Source: Cladosporium halotolerans
Taxonomy: Eukaryota
Assembly: GCF_011745625.1 (NCBI RefSeq)
Contig: NW_027191452.1
Location: forward strand, 620,001 to 684,000
Direction: 5' to 3'
DNA: 64,000 nt
This document shows positions 23,520-35,987 of the stretch, in pieces; position 1 is the stretch's first letter; every line of letters begins with the position of its first letter. The notes beneath the pieces are model-generated. The model was given only the letters and a program-made list of their open reading frames with translations. It made no database searches and was not told where the DNA came from. A program made the translations under genes and the position numbers.

Positions 23520-26333
23520 TCAGCCAGTGTTCTGCGGAGTTTTCCTCGAGCCCTCCGAAAGACTCTGCTTCGACCGCCAGAACATCAGCTTCTTCAGCCT
23601 GTGCTCCTTCTTGACCGGCTTGCTCGACGCGACGGTCGCCGCGGACGACGTCTGCGGGCGGAAGTCCTCGCTGGCCTTGGGCTTCGGGCCGAAGGAGCCG
23701 CCGACGAGCTGCGAGAGGCTCTGGATGCTGGAGCGCTTGCGGCGGCGCTCAGCGACCATGTTCGGGTCGAGAGTGCTAGAGGCGCCGGAGGAGTTGCGCT
23801 GCCCGACGTAGCCGGCGCTGGCGCTGCTGCCGCTGAAGTCGCGGTGCGAGTTGTTGGCGTGCGCGGTGCTGAACATGGTCGAGCGGCTGCTGGTGAGGGA
23901 GGGTACGTCGTCGACGGACATGCGGACTTCGGGGACGGGTTCGCCGGTGGTGCAGGAGGAGACTGTGCGGTTGTCGTTGATCGAGGACGCGGAAGTGCCG
24001 AGGCGAGGGGTGTCGAAGGAGCAAGGGCGGCCGGGTGATGAAGATGAGAAGGTCGAGGTCTGGTAAGTCTCCGGGGTCATCATGGGCGGGGCGAGGTCGG
24101 GGTAGAACATTCCTTCACCTCGCTGAGAAGCGAGTAGAGTCGGCGTGTCACTTGAGTCGGAGGACTTGGTAAGGGACGGAGCTCTGGGTTCCTCGTGGTC
24201 CGGAACAATTTGGATGCCGGCGGGTTGCACTTCGACGGGGCTGACTTCCTCGATGATGGTTTCCTCGATGATGGAAGACCCTCTCCTCTCGGTGAGAGGA
24301 GTCGAAAGACGAGAGCTTACGCTCATGTTGCCGTAAGAAGTGGAAGGCCTCTCAGGGGACCAGTCTCGTCGCCGAGAGGTGGACGCTTCGTCCACACCGA
24401 AGTTCAATGTAGGGTTGTCCGCATCCACAATGGAGATTCCAATGCCTGCCGCCTCATCCCGCGCAGGTCCGTGGCTAGTGTGTGGCCGCGCGGTCCTAGG
24501 ACTGAGCTGCTCTTCTTCCTCGTCTTCCTCAAACACGTCAGCCATCGACGATTGCGGGGTTCCAGTGCGAGAGAAATCGAAAGGCATCATGACGGGTGCA
24601 CTTTCTGTACGTCGATGCAGGTACCCGTTCGGCACGTTGTTCGATCTTGCAGCACTGTGCAGCTGTTTCCTGTGCGTTGCACCCAGCGGCGGTGTTTGCA
24701 GACTCATAGCATCATCCAGATCCACAAGCGCAGTCGAGTCGTCGTCTGCGGGACGGAACGAGCTGGGTTGATTGAAGGTAGGCGTGTTGAACTGGACACG
24801 CGGCTCTGGAGCAGCGCCGGTGTCGTCTGGTTCATCGTGCCCGCCAAAAACTGCATCCAAATCGGTCTCTGCCGCCGCAGGCTCCGCTGGCGAGGCGTTT
24901 GCCAGAGGGATCGTGAGAGGAACGTCGAAGAACCCATCGCTTTTAGGCCTTGCAGCTGTTGTTCTAGCGATAGGCTTCGCGTGTGGAGAAATCTTGCTTA
25001 GCTCTCTCGATCTGCGGTGCAATTTGGAGGATGCCCACTCCCGTAGTCTCTTTGTTGATGATCTTCGGTCCACGCGGGTTTCGTCTTCACCATGATCCTC
25101 GGCATCGTCGACCGTGTCTACTTGAAGCGAGAGCGCAGACATTCTCGGCTCTTCATTCGCCCTTGTCGAAATCGAAGGCTCGCTTCTTCTCCTGTCAAAT
25201 CCAAGAGTCCGTCCAAGAGAATGCTTGGTTTTGTGAGCTGGCCTGGGTTCGAACTTAGGTTCATCGTCCGCAAAAGAAAGCGATGGAGACTGTGCCTCGA
25301 TCTCAGGCGTAAGACTCTTCGAGTTCTTGAGCCACTCTCCTTCTCTTTCGACCCTTTTGCCAGTCTCCGTCGATGGAGGCTTCGTCGAAAACTGCTCTGT
25401 AATTGACCCCATGTTGCTTCCGCTCAACGAGCGCTGTGGCACACGGGCAGGCGGTGATCCCATGCTGATGACGGAAGATATGCTGTTATTTACGGAGTGA
25501 CCCCTGGAAGTCGAAAATGAGCCTTCGGAGGAGATCGTGGAAAGCGGTCTAGGAATGATCTCGACGTTCTCAGAAAATCCAACGCGCGGGCGCGATCCTG
25601 GTCTTGCTGGCGATGAGTCGCGTGATCCTGAGTCACCAGCTGAAGGAACAGGTCGCTCGGGTTCGGGAGCAGGTGTCCCTGTTGGAAAATCGAGAGGTGT
25701 GCTTGGAAGACTTGAGCTCAGTCTTGGTGAAGGCTCCGGCGCTGGCAGCATAATCGACTTGACATCATGGCTTGATAAGGCTGCAGACCTTCGGTGTGCA
25801 TGACCACGTTTCCCGGCAGGCCCAGGAATAGGCAGGGCGTTGCTCGGTTCAGGCATGGGCGGAGCAGATGCTCTTGTTGGGCTCGTGCTGAGGGCATTGG
25901 ATACGCCAAACCTTGAGTCACCACCGACGAACTCACTTCCACCTCTTTTGTGACCTCGACGCGGCGTAGGCGGCGGTAAAGGCGCGTCTTCTGTGTTCTC
26001 ATCGGAAACTGGCTCCTGGCGTCCTGAAGCGTCCGCAGCATTGAAGGAGAAGCTGGGTAAGGCCGAAGTCGTCCTCCGATGAGAGCCCGCGGAGGCCGTG
26101 CTGGCAGGCTGGGCACCAGGGACTCCGAGATGCATGGACATTGGTCGCCGCCGTGAGGGAACAGGTCCAACCTGGAGATCTGAAGTGGAGGGCTGCATGG
26201 GGAAGGAGAATGTCGGGTTCGGGACCATTTCGAATGTGGGCTCGCTGGCCACCGGGTTGCCGTGCATCATGTTCGAAATGCTGCTCGTCTGTCTGTGGTG
26301 ACGAGACCGTCCAGGCATCGCAACTTCAGCCAT
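23520..26333 (-). CDS. 937-aa Ser/Pro-rich, likely disordered fungal protein of unknown function
   Basis: Long intronless ORF with short repeated basic motifs (GHKRGGSEF, GHAHRRSAA, LHRRTESAP, RRRKRSSI) and C-terminal KKLMFWRSK. Confidence 0.85.
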   Translation of the reverse strand: MAEVAMPGRSRHHRQTSSISNMMHGNPVASEPTFEMVPNPTFSFPMQPSTSDLQVGPVPSRRRPMSMHLGVPGAQPASTASAGSHRRTTSALPSFSFNAADASGRQEPVSDENTEDAPLPPPTPRRGHKRGGSEFVGGDSRFGVSNALSTSPTRASAPPMPEPSNALPIPGPAGKRGHAHRRSAALSSHDVKSIMLPAPEPSPRLSSSLPSTPLDFPTGTPAPEPERPVPSAGDSGSRDSSPARPGSRPRVGFSENVEIIPRPLSTISSEGSFSTSRGHSVNNSISSVISMGSPPARVPQRSLSGSNMGSITEQFSTKPPSTETGKRVEREGEWLKNSKSLTPEIEAQSPSLSFADDEPKFEPRPAHKTKHSLGRTLGFDRRRSEPSISTRANEEPRMSALSLQVDTVDDAEDHGEDETRVDRRSSTKRLREWASSKLHRRSRELSKISPHAKPIARTTAARPKSDGFFDVPLTIPLANASPAEPAAAETDLDAVFGGHDEPDDTGAAPEPRVQFNTPTFNQPSSFRPADDDSTALVDLDDAMSLQTPPLGATHRKQLHSAARSNNVPNGYLHRRTESAPVMMPFDFSRTGTPQSSMADVFEEDEEEEQLSPRTARPHTSHGPARDEAAGIGISIVDADNPTLNFGVDEASTSRRRDWSPERPSTSYGNMSVSSRLSTPLTERRGSSIIEETIIEEVSPVEVQPAGIQIVPDHEEPRAPSLTKSSDSSDTPTLLASQRGEGMFYPDLAPPMMTPETYQTSTFSSSSPGRPCSFDTPRLGTSASSINDNRTVSSCTTGEPVPEVRMSVDDVPSLTSSRSTMFSTAHANNSHRDFSGSSASAGYVGQRNSSGASSTLDPNMVAERRRKRSSIQSLSQLVGGSFGPKPKASEDFRPQTSSAATVASSKPVKKEHRLKKLMFWRSKQSLSEGSRKTPQNTG

Positions 26334-29300
26334 GTTTGCGGGGAAGGTTGCCTGGAGCAGGCGGCAGAGGCGCAGAAGTGGTCGATGCCGTTGCAGTTAC
26401 GCAGGTTCTCCAACGACCATATACTGCACGTGTCTTCCGATCGATCTGAATATATTTGTTCGCAAGGTTTGCTGTCCAGGGTGGAGTGGGCTTTGCGGGA
26501 CGAGGAGCGCGGGCAGGCCGGGTATCGCTGAAATCGCGGGACGAGAACGCTTCAAAACATGCCAATGGCGCGGTGTCTGGTGGCAGGGAGGGAGCGTCAG
26601 CACAAGCGACGTGCGGTCGAGGCGCCGGGCGGAGGGCGTGTGCTGGTGGTGCCGGGCGTACGTACAAGGGTGGAGGATGCTGGCACTCGCAGAGCGCAGA
26701 GCACGGGCGGTAGGCGGGCGGCGGGCGAAGGACAAACAGCAAGCAGAAAGGAGCGGACGGCACGACTCGGGCGCAAGCACAGCAAGACGAGGATGCAGTG
26801 CGGCGTGGGAGGTGCCTGGCGGGCGTGGTGGTGTAGCAATGGAGCGGTGGTGGTAGTGGTGGTGGTGGTCAGGCGAGGGCGGAGGCCTGGGTCGAGGTAG
26901 CGAGCGTGAACACGGCGCTGGCGTTGGCAGGCTGCGAAAGCCAAAGCGCGAGCCAGAGCCCGCGCCAGCGTGAGAGCGGAGCCCGCCCAGGCGGTGGCGC
27001 GGTGCTGGGCCCAAATTAAACTAACCGCTAGGCGCGGGCGCTAGCGCGGGCTGGTGGGCATTGGGCAGATGTCATTGGCAATCTCAGCGCGCGCCCGCCG
27101 CCGTTTCCCTGCCTGTATTACTGCACATTGCGACATATACACCCTCGACACCCTGTTGTGCCGTTGCTCGCGGAGCCCTACGCCGTCAGCCACACACAGC
27201 GCCGCCTGCGCGCGTCCCTGACGCCTGCACACGTGCCGGGCAACGCAGACGCCGTCAGCAAACACACCCACGCAGCCGCGCTGCCCTGGCAATACATGCA
27301 GAGCCCTGCCGGGGTCGCCTGCACGCCAGCGCCGCAGCGCCGCTCTCTCTCGCACTCCGCGGTTGCCCGGCAGCGCCGTCACCACGCTGGCCGCTGGGCG
27401 CTGCTCGCACATGGCAGTCGCGGAAGTAGTGTGTACATACATATGTGTACTACCACTGTAGTCCATCCTAGCAGCTGGTAGTGCGTGCAATCGCGCCGGC
27501 GTGCGGCGCAGCGATCGAAGCGAGCAGCCGGCGCCCGCCCACCAGTGCCGCGCTGCCCGCCAAGTCGCCATCCAGGCGTCCTTGGTATCCGGCACGCAGG
27601 TACCTAGAGTACCAGCAGTATGATCCCATGCACACCACCTCTCAGGCCATCATGGCAGCAGGCCGCTCGAGCTTTGCATTCGATGTGGGCCTGTCCCAGC
27701 TGAGGCACATACGGTACAGTGCGGTTGGTACCTACGCTCGCTCTCCAACTCGTCACCCATGCCCACGCCCACACCTTCGCCGCTCCTGCGCGCAGCCCTG
27801 TGCTCCCGCCGTACGCGCGCTCACGGCCGACGACGATTGGCGCAGCGGTGCAGCAGCTAGGCCGCCTCCATCAAAGCCCCATCAAAGCCCTTCGCGCTTT
27901 AGGGGCGTTAGCAGCATTATCAGGCGGGGTCTAATCCTCAATCTCCACTCGCTCGGCGCTGCTGCGTGCAAGCGATGGTGTGCACCTCGCACGACAGATC
28001 ACCTGCCTGCAGCCACACGCACCCATTGCGCGCACCATCCCGCGTCGCTGTGCGTCCCTCTCAAACACGCGCACCGCCCGCAAGGCTGGCCGGTCCGCCT
28101 GGGGCGCGGCGCACCCAACGTGAAACGGGCACATGAAGGGGAAAATGCTCTTGCTCGTGTCTGCCCTCCGCAAATTGAACGGGCGCCCGTATTAGCTCAG
28201 CGGCCCCAGCCCTCTCCAGGGCATCCTTGTGCGCTGTGATCGCCCACTGCTGCAGGGGACCCGCGCGCTGCCGTTTCCAGCCCGCGGAGGGAGAGCTTCG
28301 CGCGTGCGGCCGGCCTTCGCTTGCACGCCACGATTTTCAACGCTGCACCATGTCCGATAGGCCTTCGGTGGATCCGCGCCACACGCAAGGAGAGTCTGCG
28401 AGCGAGTGCGACCACTCTGGCATCTTCCGCCGGCATCGCGGCAAGCCCCAGGTGTGCGGGAGGATGCGGCAAGATTCACTTTCACGAGCCCTCGGACAAA
28501 CCGCGCAGTAATATCTTTGCCCTCAAGCCGCCAGCCGATGAACACGAGTAGCGCGAACTTTCTGCAACTTGCTCGAAAGCGCCGCAGATCATTGAAATCA
28601 GGGTCTCACACGGGGCCTGCAAACGTCTTTGTCCTGTATGTGTCGGCATCTCCAGCTGGGACCTAATGACACTATGCCGGAACACGTTGTCTGCTCGACC
28701 GCAACGCTCGTGTTCTGAGACGAAACCTGCACATGAAGCCGCAGAGCAGCGCTCGCGCAACGTCCCACCGCAGACCCTTGAACTGCCCGGTCAATGACTT
28801 GCATCCACCCTCGCTCGCCTCTCTACCTGATCTCTCCACTTTATCGACAGTTTCAGCCCATCAAATCCACGCACGCCAAACAAGACCCGATCATTGCCAG
28901 GTACCCGCAAGCGAGCTCCTTGATACCCACTTCTCCATCGCGGCCCACGCTGGGGTAAATTGCGTGAACAGCTGACGACGATGGCATGCCGTGCAATCCT
29001 CGGGCCCTGCTGCCTCCCGCGTCGAGAGACACGCTCAGCCTATCGTGCCTGTCGCGCAACACTCCGCCCACATTTTCCAGACAAGGCCAATGCAGCGATA
29101 CCCTACGCTCGTTGCGACCGTTGAATGTATTCGCCGTTGCTGGGCGTCGCCTAGAATGAGTCGGTATCTGGAGGAGCGATGGAGTCTTAACAAACTCCCT
29201 GATCGGCATATCAGATCACTAGTGCCGGTGCTTTGATCCTATCTATATTCGATAGGCCGCTACGTCCGCACGTGCTTGCGCGATGTATTTGCAATGCAAC

Positions 29301-30600
29301 TCTTGGTATCTTGCTCACGCTTGACCTTCTCACAGCATCATCCATGAAGCGACATGCAATTACCATCCAAAACCACCAACAACAACCAGGTCCTACACCG
29401 CTCGGTAGATGCTGTCTCATCCCTTCCACTCCCCGTCTTCATGCGCCCTGTGCGTTGGACAATGTACCACTTACGACCGCCACGTGCGTGAATCAAACAG
29501 TGAAGCACGCCTGGTCTCGGACGACCCATGTCAGCCAGCGCCGTTGAGACGTTTCGCTTGCACCGACGTCTGCGTCTCGTATTCACCTGTGATAGGGTAG
29601 CCATCGGAGGAAGAAAGTTGGCTCGAAGCATCTGCAAATAGTTGCATGGATTGTGTCCTTTTCCAATCGTCACGGTCGAGCACCCTAATGTTATGCATCT
29701 CAACGCGAGCACAGGGATGCGAATGAAGACTGTAGTGGCCCTCTCCCGACCAAGGCTAGCCATCCGGATGCACCAGAGACTCCTACTGATACGCATTGCA
29801 AATGACGGAACGCCTTGTTTATCTCGACCCGGGCGATACTCCGACGCAAGTCACAAAAGAGGCTATTGAGGCCAGTGACCGCCCCGTACTCGATTACTTG
29901 AGATACCCTAAGCCGACACTACTCGCGCCGAATGCATGACGGCATACCGAGATCCCTCCCCATGGATCCGCCATAAATTGTCATTCTCGCCGATGAGGCT
30001 TATTCCATGCGGCATGCCGATGGCCGCTGCACGCCTCTGCTGAACGTGTAACTAGCCGTGATTGATGCGATGCATCGGCAATTTTCTTGCATGCACCTAC
30101 TGCACATATACGATACCAGCAGACAATGGAGCGGCGCGCCCGCATTTGCCGTTTCTGGCGCTCTGGTGCGAACGATGTTGCTTCGATTCCACCGTTGATG
30201 AAGGCTGATGACCTGATTTCTGCAGGCATCTCATCCGTTTTGGCCGGGGGTTAGAAATCTCGACGACGACGCAACGGCGGAATCTTCTCCTGCGGCACCG
30301 TTGCGGATGCACCTTGCATGTACTTTGGCCGTTATCTGACCGCGCCACGTCCGAGCCAAAGCTTGCATGCATGCTCGGATGATGAAAGTGTTGTGGGAAT
30401 TGCCGGCTAAATGAAAGGCGTGATTGTTCATTTGCTCAACTGGTGTTTCTGATACTACGGACGGCAGAATCGATTGCGTCTACGGCCTCTGCATGAATTC
30501 GTTTGTTGCATGTATTAATGTTCGAGGTTGACATTATGTCTGCGGTCCTTGCATTGGAAAGATGAATCGACGGTGCTGATGACCCCATTTTTTCCATTGC

Positions 30601-31120
30601 TCAGGAAGTGCTTCTTGACCCGTTTCGGATCCATTGCATGTCATCATCCCAGCGAAGCTTCGCCGCAAGGTCGCGCACGCTCGCCTCTTTAATGACTGAT
30701 TCAAAAGTCGAATGCCTAACAGTACTCATCCATTTTCGCATGGCAAGCTCTTCATCCAACTGGGCTCGAACGTCGCTCGAAATTCGGTTATGAAGTGTTC
30801 TCTGCGATATCGCAAGAGCTTGGGGTTGGGGTTACTAGGGTATGACCACATACAAGCGTGTCTAGACGCCAGCAATCCAACAGGGCTGAAGCGGATAACC
30901 TTATCAGATCCGCTCGACTGCCCACTATCGCCGAGCGGACTGCATTCCGCGGGCACGGGTCACTTGGTGAGCCTTTCTCACGACCTTCCTTGCAATCTAC
31001 AAGGCGATGCGGCGGTATTCCAGAGTGTGTATCAGGTCACGGAGCCAGGGCGGAGCCATCACGGCTCTCTGCTCGACGAGTGTGTCCTTTGCGTGAGGGA
31101 TTTGAAGATCATGGAAATAT
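30601..31120 (-). pseudogene. Probable decayed gene fragment with in-frame stop, frameshift and one intron
   Basis: A continuous protein-like reading is recovered across TAG at 30997-30999, a frameshift near 30945-30955, and a GTATGT..CAG intron at 30802-30853. No homologue identified. Confidence 0.35.
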
Positions 31121-31226
31121 TATAAACATCCAGCCAGGTAGGTCCGAAATTGAGTGATTTACTTTGGGTCGAGATCCATTCGTCTGGTTTTCTTAGTCTG
31201 TTGGCTCTATTTCCTCCATCATAATC

Positions 31227-33001
31227 ATGGCGACCGAGCATGTTGTACTACCAGAGCGATCGGAAGGATCACAACATGAAGCTACACCATCCACACCGGG
31301 AGGAAGCAGCTCATCCTCATCGTTCACGGAGAAGGAACTCCAGCCCAGCGACAACCAACCGAAACAAGGATCACAACCCGGCATCGAAGCCGACGCGCTC
31401 GACGAATTGAACCTTCCGTACCGCACCCTCACCGACAATGCCGACATGCGGGCATACACCACCGAAACGCCTTCGGGCAACATCCTCCGCGAAATCCAAT
31501 CGAACAAAACCGGCCGGACCGAGCGCTACGAGCTCGTCACTTTCACTGTCGGCGACCCGGAGAACCCCAAGAACTGGAGCAAGGCGTTCAAGTGGTGGTG
31601 CACGATGATGGTCGCGTTGACTTGCTTCGTCGTCGCGCTCAACAGCGCCGTCATCACGGCCAACATCGAGGGCCCCGCGGAGGAGTTCGGCAGCAGCGCC
31701 GAGGTGTCGAGGCTGGCTATCACGATGTTCGTTGTTGGATTTGGTGTTGGCCCGATGGCTTTCGCGCCGATGAGCGAGGTTCTGGGGCGCTGGGTTATTT
31801 ACGCGACGACTTTGCTCGTCGCGGTGATTTTCATCATTCCCTGTGCGGTGTCGAAGAATATGGCGACGCTGGTCGTTTGTCGCTTGATCGATGGGACGGC
31901 GTTCAGTGCTCCTATGACGCTTGTGGGAGGTACGCTGGCCGATATGTGGAGGAACGAGGAGAGAGGCGTGCCTATGGCTGCGTTCTCTGCTGCGCCATTC
32001 ATTGGCCCTGCGATTGGACCCCTGAGTAGGTTGTTATCGCAGTCTTGTCCATAAGCTCAGACTGACAAGTTCACACAGTCGGCGGATTTCTCTCGGACAA
32101 CCTTGGCTGGAGATGGCTCTACTGGATCCAATTGATCCTGTCCGGAGCCGTCTGGGCCTTGATGACCTTCACCGTCCCCGAAACCTACGCCCCAACCATC
32201 CTCGCCCGCCGCGCGGCCAAAAAGCGCAAAGAAACCGGCGACGACAAATACGTCACCGAGCAAGACCTCGACAAACGCCCCTTCAGCTCACGCATGCGCG
32301 TCTTCCTCGTCCGCCGCTTCCAGCTCCTCTTCCTCGAGCCCATCGTCCTCTTCCTCTCCCTCTACATGTCCGTCCTCTACGGCCTCCTCTACATGTTCTT
32401 CGTCGCCTACCCCGTCGTCTTCCAGGAAGGCAAAGGCTACAGCGCCAGCAAGACCGGGCTGATGTTCATCCCGCTCGCCGTCGGCGTCCTCTTGTCCGCC
32501 GCCTGCTCCCCGCTCGTCAACAGGCACTACCTCCGCCTCGCCGCCGCGCACGCCGGCAAACCCCCCGCCGAAGCCCGCCTGATCCCCATGATGTTCAGCT
32601 GCTGGTTCATCCCCGCCGGCCTCTTCATCTTCGCCTGGACCTCGTACCCTTCCCTCTCCTGGGCGGGCCCCGCGCTCGGCGGCGCGCCCGTGGGCTTCGG
32701 CTTCATTTTCCTCTACAACAGCGCCAACAACTACCTCGTCGACAGCTACCAGCACCTCGCGGCGTCGGCGCTGGCGGCGAAAACCTGCATCCGGTCGTTC
32801 TGGGGCGCGGCGGTCGTGCTGTTCACGGTGCAGATGTACCATCGGCTGGGCTATCAGTGGGCCAGCACGCTGATGGCGTTCATTGCGGTGGCGTGCTGCG
32901 CGATCCCGTTTGTGTTTTACTTCAAGGGCGAGGCGATTAGGCGGCGGAGTAGGTATGCTTATGCGGGGGATGAGGAGAGTGATCTGAAGGGGACGCAGTA
33001 G
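31227..33001 (+). CDS. MFS drug:H+ antiporter (DHA1 family); intron 32026-32078
   Basis: [53 protein letters not shown] and YLVDSY..AASALA; about 12 hydrophobic segments. Confidence 0.93.
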
Positions 33002-34516
33002 GGTCTATTCGTCGGAGGAGGATTTTTCTTTTTCTCGTGATGGGCTGGGACTTTCAATGAGGGATTGGGATTTTGATCTCAGGTAATTTGCATTGTCAGG
33101 CGTGCGTGGAGGAGTTGGTTGAGAGGAGCTAAATAGAAGGTTAAATATCAGGTAGAATCTATACCCATAAGCACTATCAAGGCTGAAATCGAAGTCATTC
33201 AAAACTGCTTCCCGGCACAGCGTGCGAAGTCGGGTCGATTGAATCAAAGACGCACGTGACACAGGTTAATGTGTGCCTTGCACGGTACTGAATCCTACCT
33301 GCTCTGTGTTGAGACAGTGGTGAAGATGTTTGCCTCGTTTTCCAGGCCTACAGTTCAAGAGCCCAAGAAAGTGCAGACCACGTGCCGTCGTACCCCCGTC
33401 AGCGCGAGTTTGCTGCCATGCTCGTGCCGCGATACCTCCGCTGACAGCGTCGTACGAGTTCCAGGCTGCCGGGAACTTTGCGGCAATGGAATGTTTGCTT
33501 ATGGCGTTGGCATTTTGGATGCCTCGTGCATCCAAAAGGGAGTTGCCTTCAGCGTTTCGTCTGGCGCAGGCTCTGTGGGATCGGATGCTCTGGGCGTGGG
33601 ACAGATGTTTGCGTAGCATCGCATAGAGGCGATGGCGGTGGCTGGTCGACGATCGTATGCATTTTGCTGTAATTGTTTTGCTCGATGATCTTAATGCATT
33701 GTGCTGCTGTCGTGCTCCTCGATGATCATATGCACTGTGCTGTAATCGTTTTTCAACCACGAAAATGTAAGATGTGGAGTGGACGCCACGCTGTGGTATG
33801 CTTTACGGAAATAAGTAGACCGCGCCGACAGTGCATAGGCAGTGCTAGCATGGACCCTTAGCAACAGCTGAAGTCGTGATTGTGTGGATGTGGAAGGGAT
33901 GCTTGCGGTGCCGCAGACGTCAGGTGCGAGGTACGGGCTTCAGCTGATTGCACCGCGTCGCGGCGCGGATCTCGTCTCCAGTCGATCACGACGGAGAGGT
34001 ACACATGTTCCCATGCGGTTTGCACATCTTGCCTGCAGGGACCGGGACGCTGGGAAAGCGATTGACAATGTTTGCAGACGGATGCCGAGTTTGCCTGCGA
34101 GGCGCTCGGAGATCGCAGTGATCGCCGGGTGGGAGTTCTCGTGCGGGCAACGTTGGCATGGAGGTGAGGTTGGATGGGCGGTCGTGCGAAGACGTCACAG
34201 GTAACGCGAGGCGGCAGCGGCGGCGGCACCGCACGCAGGTCACGTGAGGGCATGCTGCCGCCGGCGGTGGTGCAGCAGGCTTCGGGGCGGTTCGGCGCAG
34301 CTTTGACAGCTCCCACTGCTCTGCCTCCTTTCCTCCCACTACTCTCTCGTACAGCTGCGCCCACATCATCACGCGTCGCCGACGGCTGCCGGCTGCCACC
34401 TGCTGCCCTCACCGGCGGCCTGCGCACGCTCTCAGCAGCTCACCGACACGGGCGGGTGGTGCTTCGATTGGCTTGGAGGCCGCGCTGCAACTCTATCGCA
34501 CGCCCGCCTTGTGACG

Positions 34517-34580
34517 TGGCAGCGCAGGCTCGCAGCGTTAGCAGCGGCTGGCAGCGCAGGCTCGCAGCAGTAGCGGCAGC
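34517..34580. repeat. Tandem duplication of a 32-bp unit (TGGCAGCGCAGGCTCGCAGC...)
   Basis: Units at 34517-34548 and 34549-34580 share the first 20 nt exactly. Confidence 0.8.
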
Positions 34581-35987
34581 CCGTCACATCCTAGCGCGCT
34601 CCTGACACACCCCGGCTGGCGCTGCAGCAAATCCGCGCCCGGCAGCGCCCCTGTCAATCCGCACACGCCGCACCTCATCACTGCGCGAGGCTCAATGCGG
34701 TCTGAGCCCGCCCTGTCGCCCTGCTCGTCTGCTGCGGTCTGCCTCGTAGACGCCCCGCCTCCAGCGCAGCGCTCACCAGCGTCTGAGCTCTTCCATATCA
34801 ACCTGATCGCCCGCCCCCTCGCGCCTCCGTCTCCTGCATCCGTTCCTCTTCTTGCTGCCCAACTTGCCTGACTCCCTCTGTGACCCTGACCCGGCGTGGC
34901 TACACAGAATCGACAGGTCTGCTGCACATCCGTTGCTGCTCTTGCTTGAACTCTCGTCCATCGACTACTTCACCCTTGCGTGGCAACCATTTGCTACCTT
35001 CTTCCTGCTGCTGCTCTTTCCGTTGCTGCCAGGAAACCCTTCCTCCATCCCGGACATTTGGACTCGACCCAGTTGAACAGGATGACCACTCGCAGCCGCG
35101 AGCAGACTTCGGCCTTCAGGTACTTACCTTTTGCTCGTGCTTTCTTGTTTTCATGCGTTGGAGTTCGGGGTGTTTCCTTGCTTTACTGTCTTTCTTGCAT
35201 TCTGCGTGACCAGCCTGCTACCCTCCCGGACTGGATCTTTTAGCTACCGCTGGACATGCTGGACTCCATTGCCTGGTATGGCCGGGTTTCTGGTATTCGA
35301 TGATTGCCTACGGACTTCAGCTTTTTCGATCTGCACGCGTTGGAACGCTGATAACGGACCTCCATCAGCCTTGTAACACTGGAACTTGGAGACTCCGTCT
35401 CTTTTGGACCCATTGCCAGGATAGCTACATGCCCTTGGATTTGGAATGCCTTCATGATGCCACGGAGCCACAATACGCCGGATCACTTGTAGTTGTTGCA
35501 TTGCAACAGTAGCTTCGACGCTGCATCATCTTGACAGCCTTGACGGCTTGCACACATTCGTTGGCAAAGCAAAGTCGGTGTCGGATGGTGCGTGTCTCTT
35601 GCGAGTCAAATTATGCCGGACACAATACGCCTTTGGAGACGCCCGACTTGATGCTGGATTCATCTACCTGACTTGAGTGCCCTCTGATCTGCTGCCAGAC
35701 TTGCGACCATCTAGGCGATCCTGCTTTAAGCCTGGCCTTTGATACGACCGTCGATTTCCTCCTCGGCACCTCCAACTCTTTCATTTGTTCTTTTTTCTGT
35801 TTGGGAGTTTCTTTCATGTCCAACTCGTGAAGTCAAACTGACGCGTCGTTTCATCAGCGAGGAGCTTTCCCATCTGAATTGCCCAGGATCTTTCCTTTTC
35901 TCTGAGCCTGGCGTACTTGACCACTGGTGCCAAACACTTCCCGGAGACCCCATTGTGCCTCTCACCCCTCCGGACTCTGAGCCGGAC

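Noticed and set aside
26400..28500. Many overlapping 100-250 aa ORFs
   Set aside because: Arg/Ala/Pro-rich products of GC-rich intergenic DNA with no codon bias or domain motifs.
35121..35130. TACTTACCTT as a U1 snRNA 5' end
   Set aside because: No U1 stem-loops or Sm site follow; it is better read as a splice donor region.
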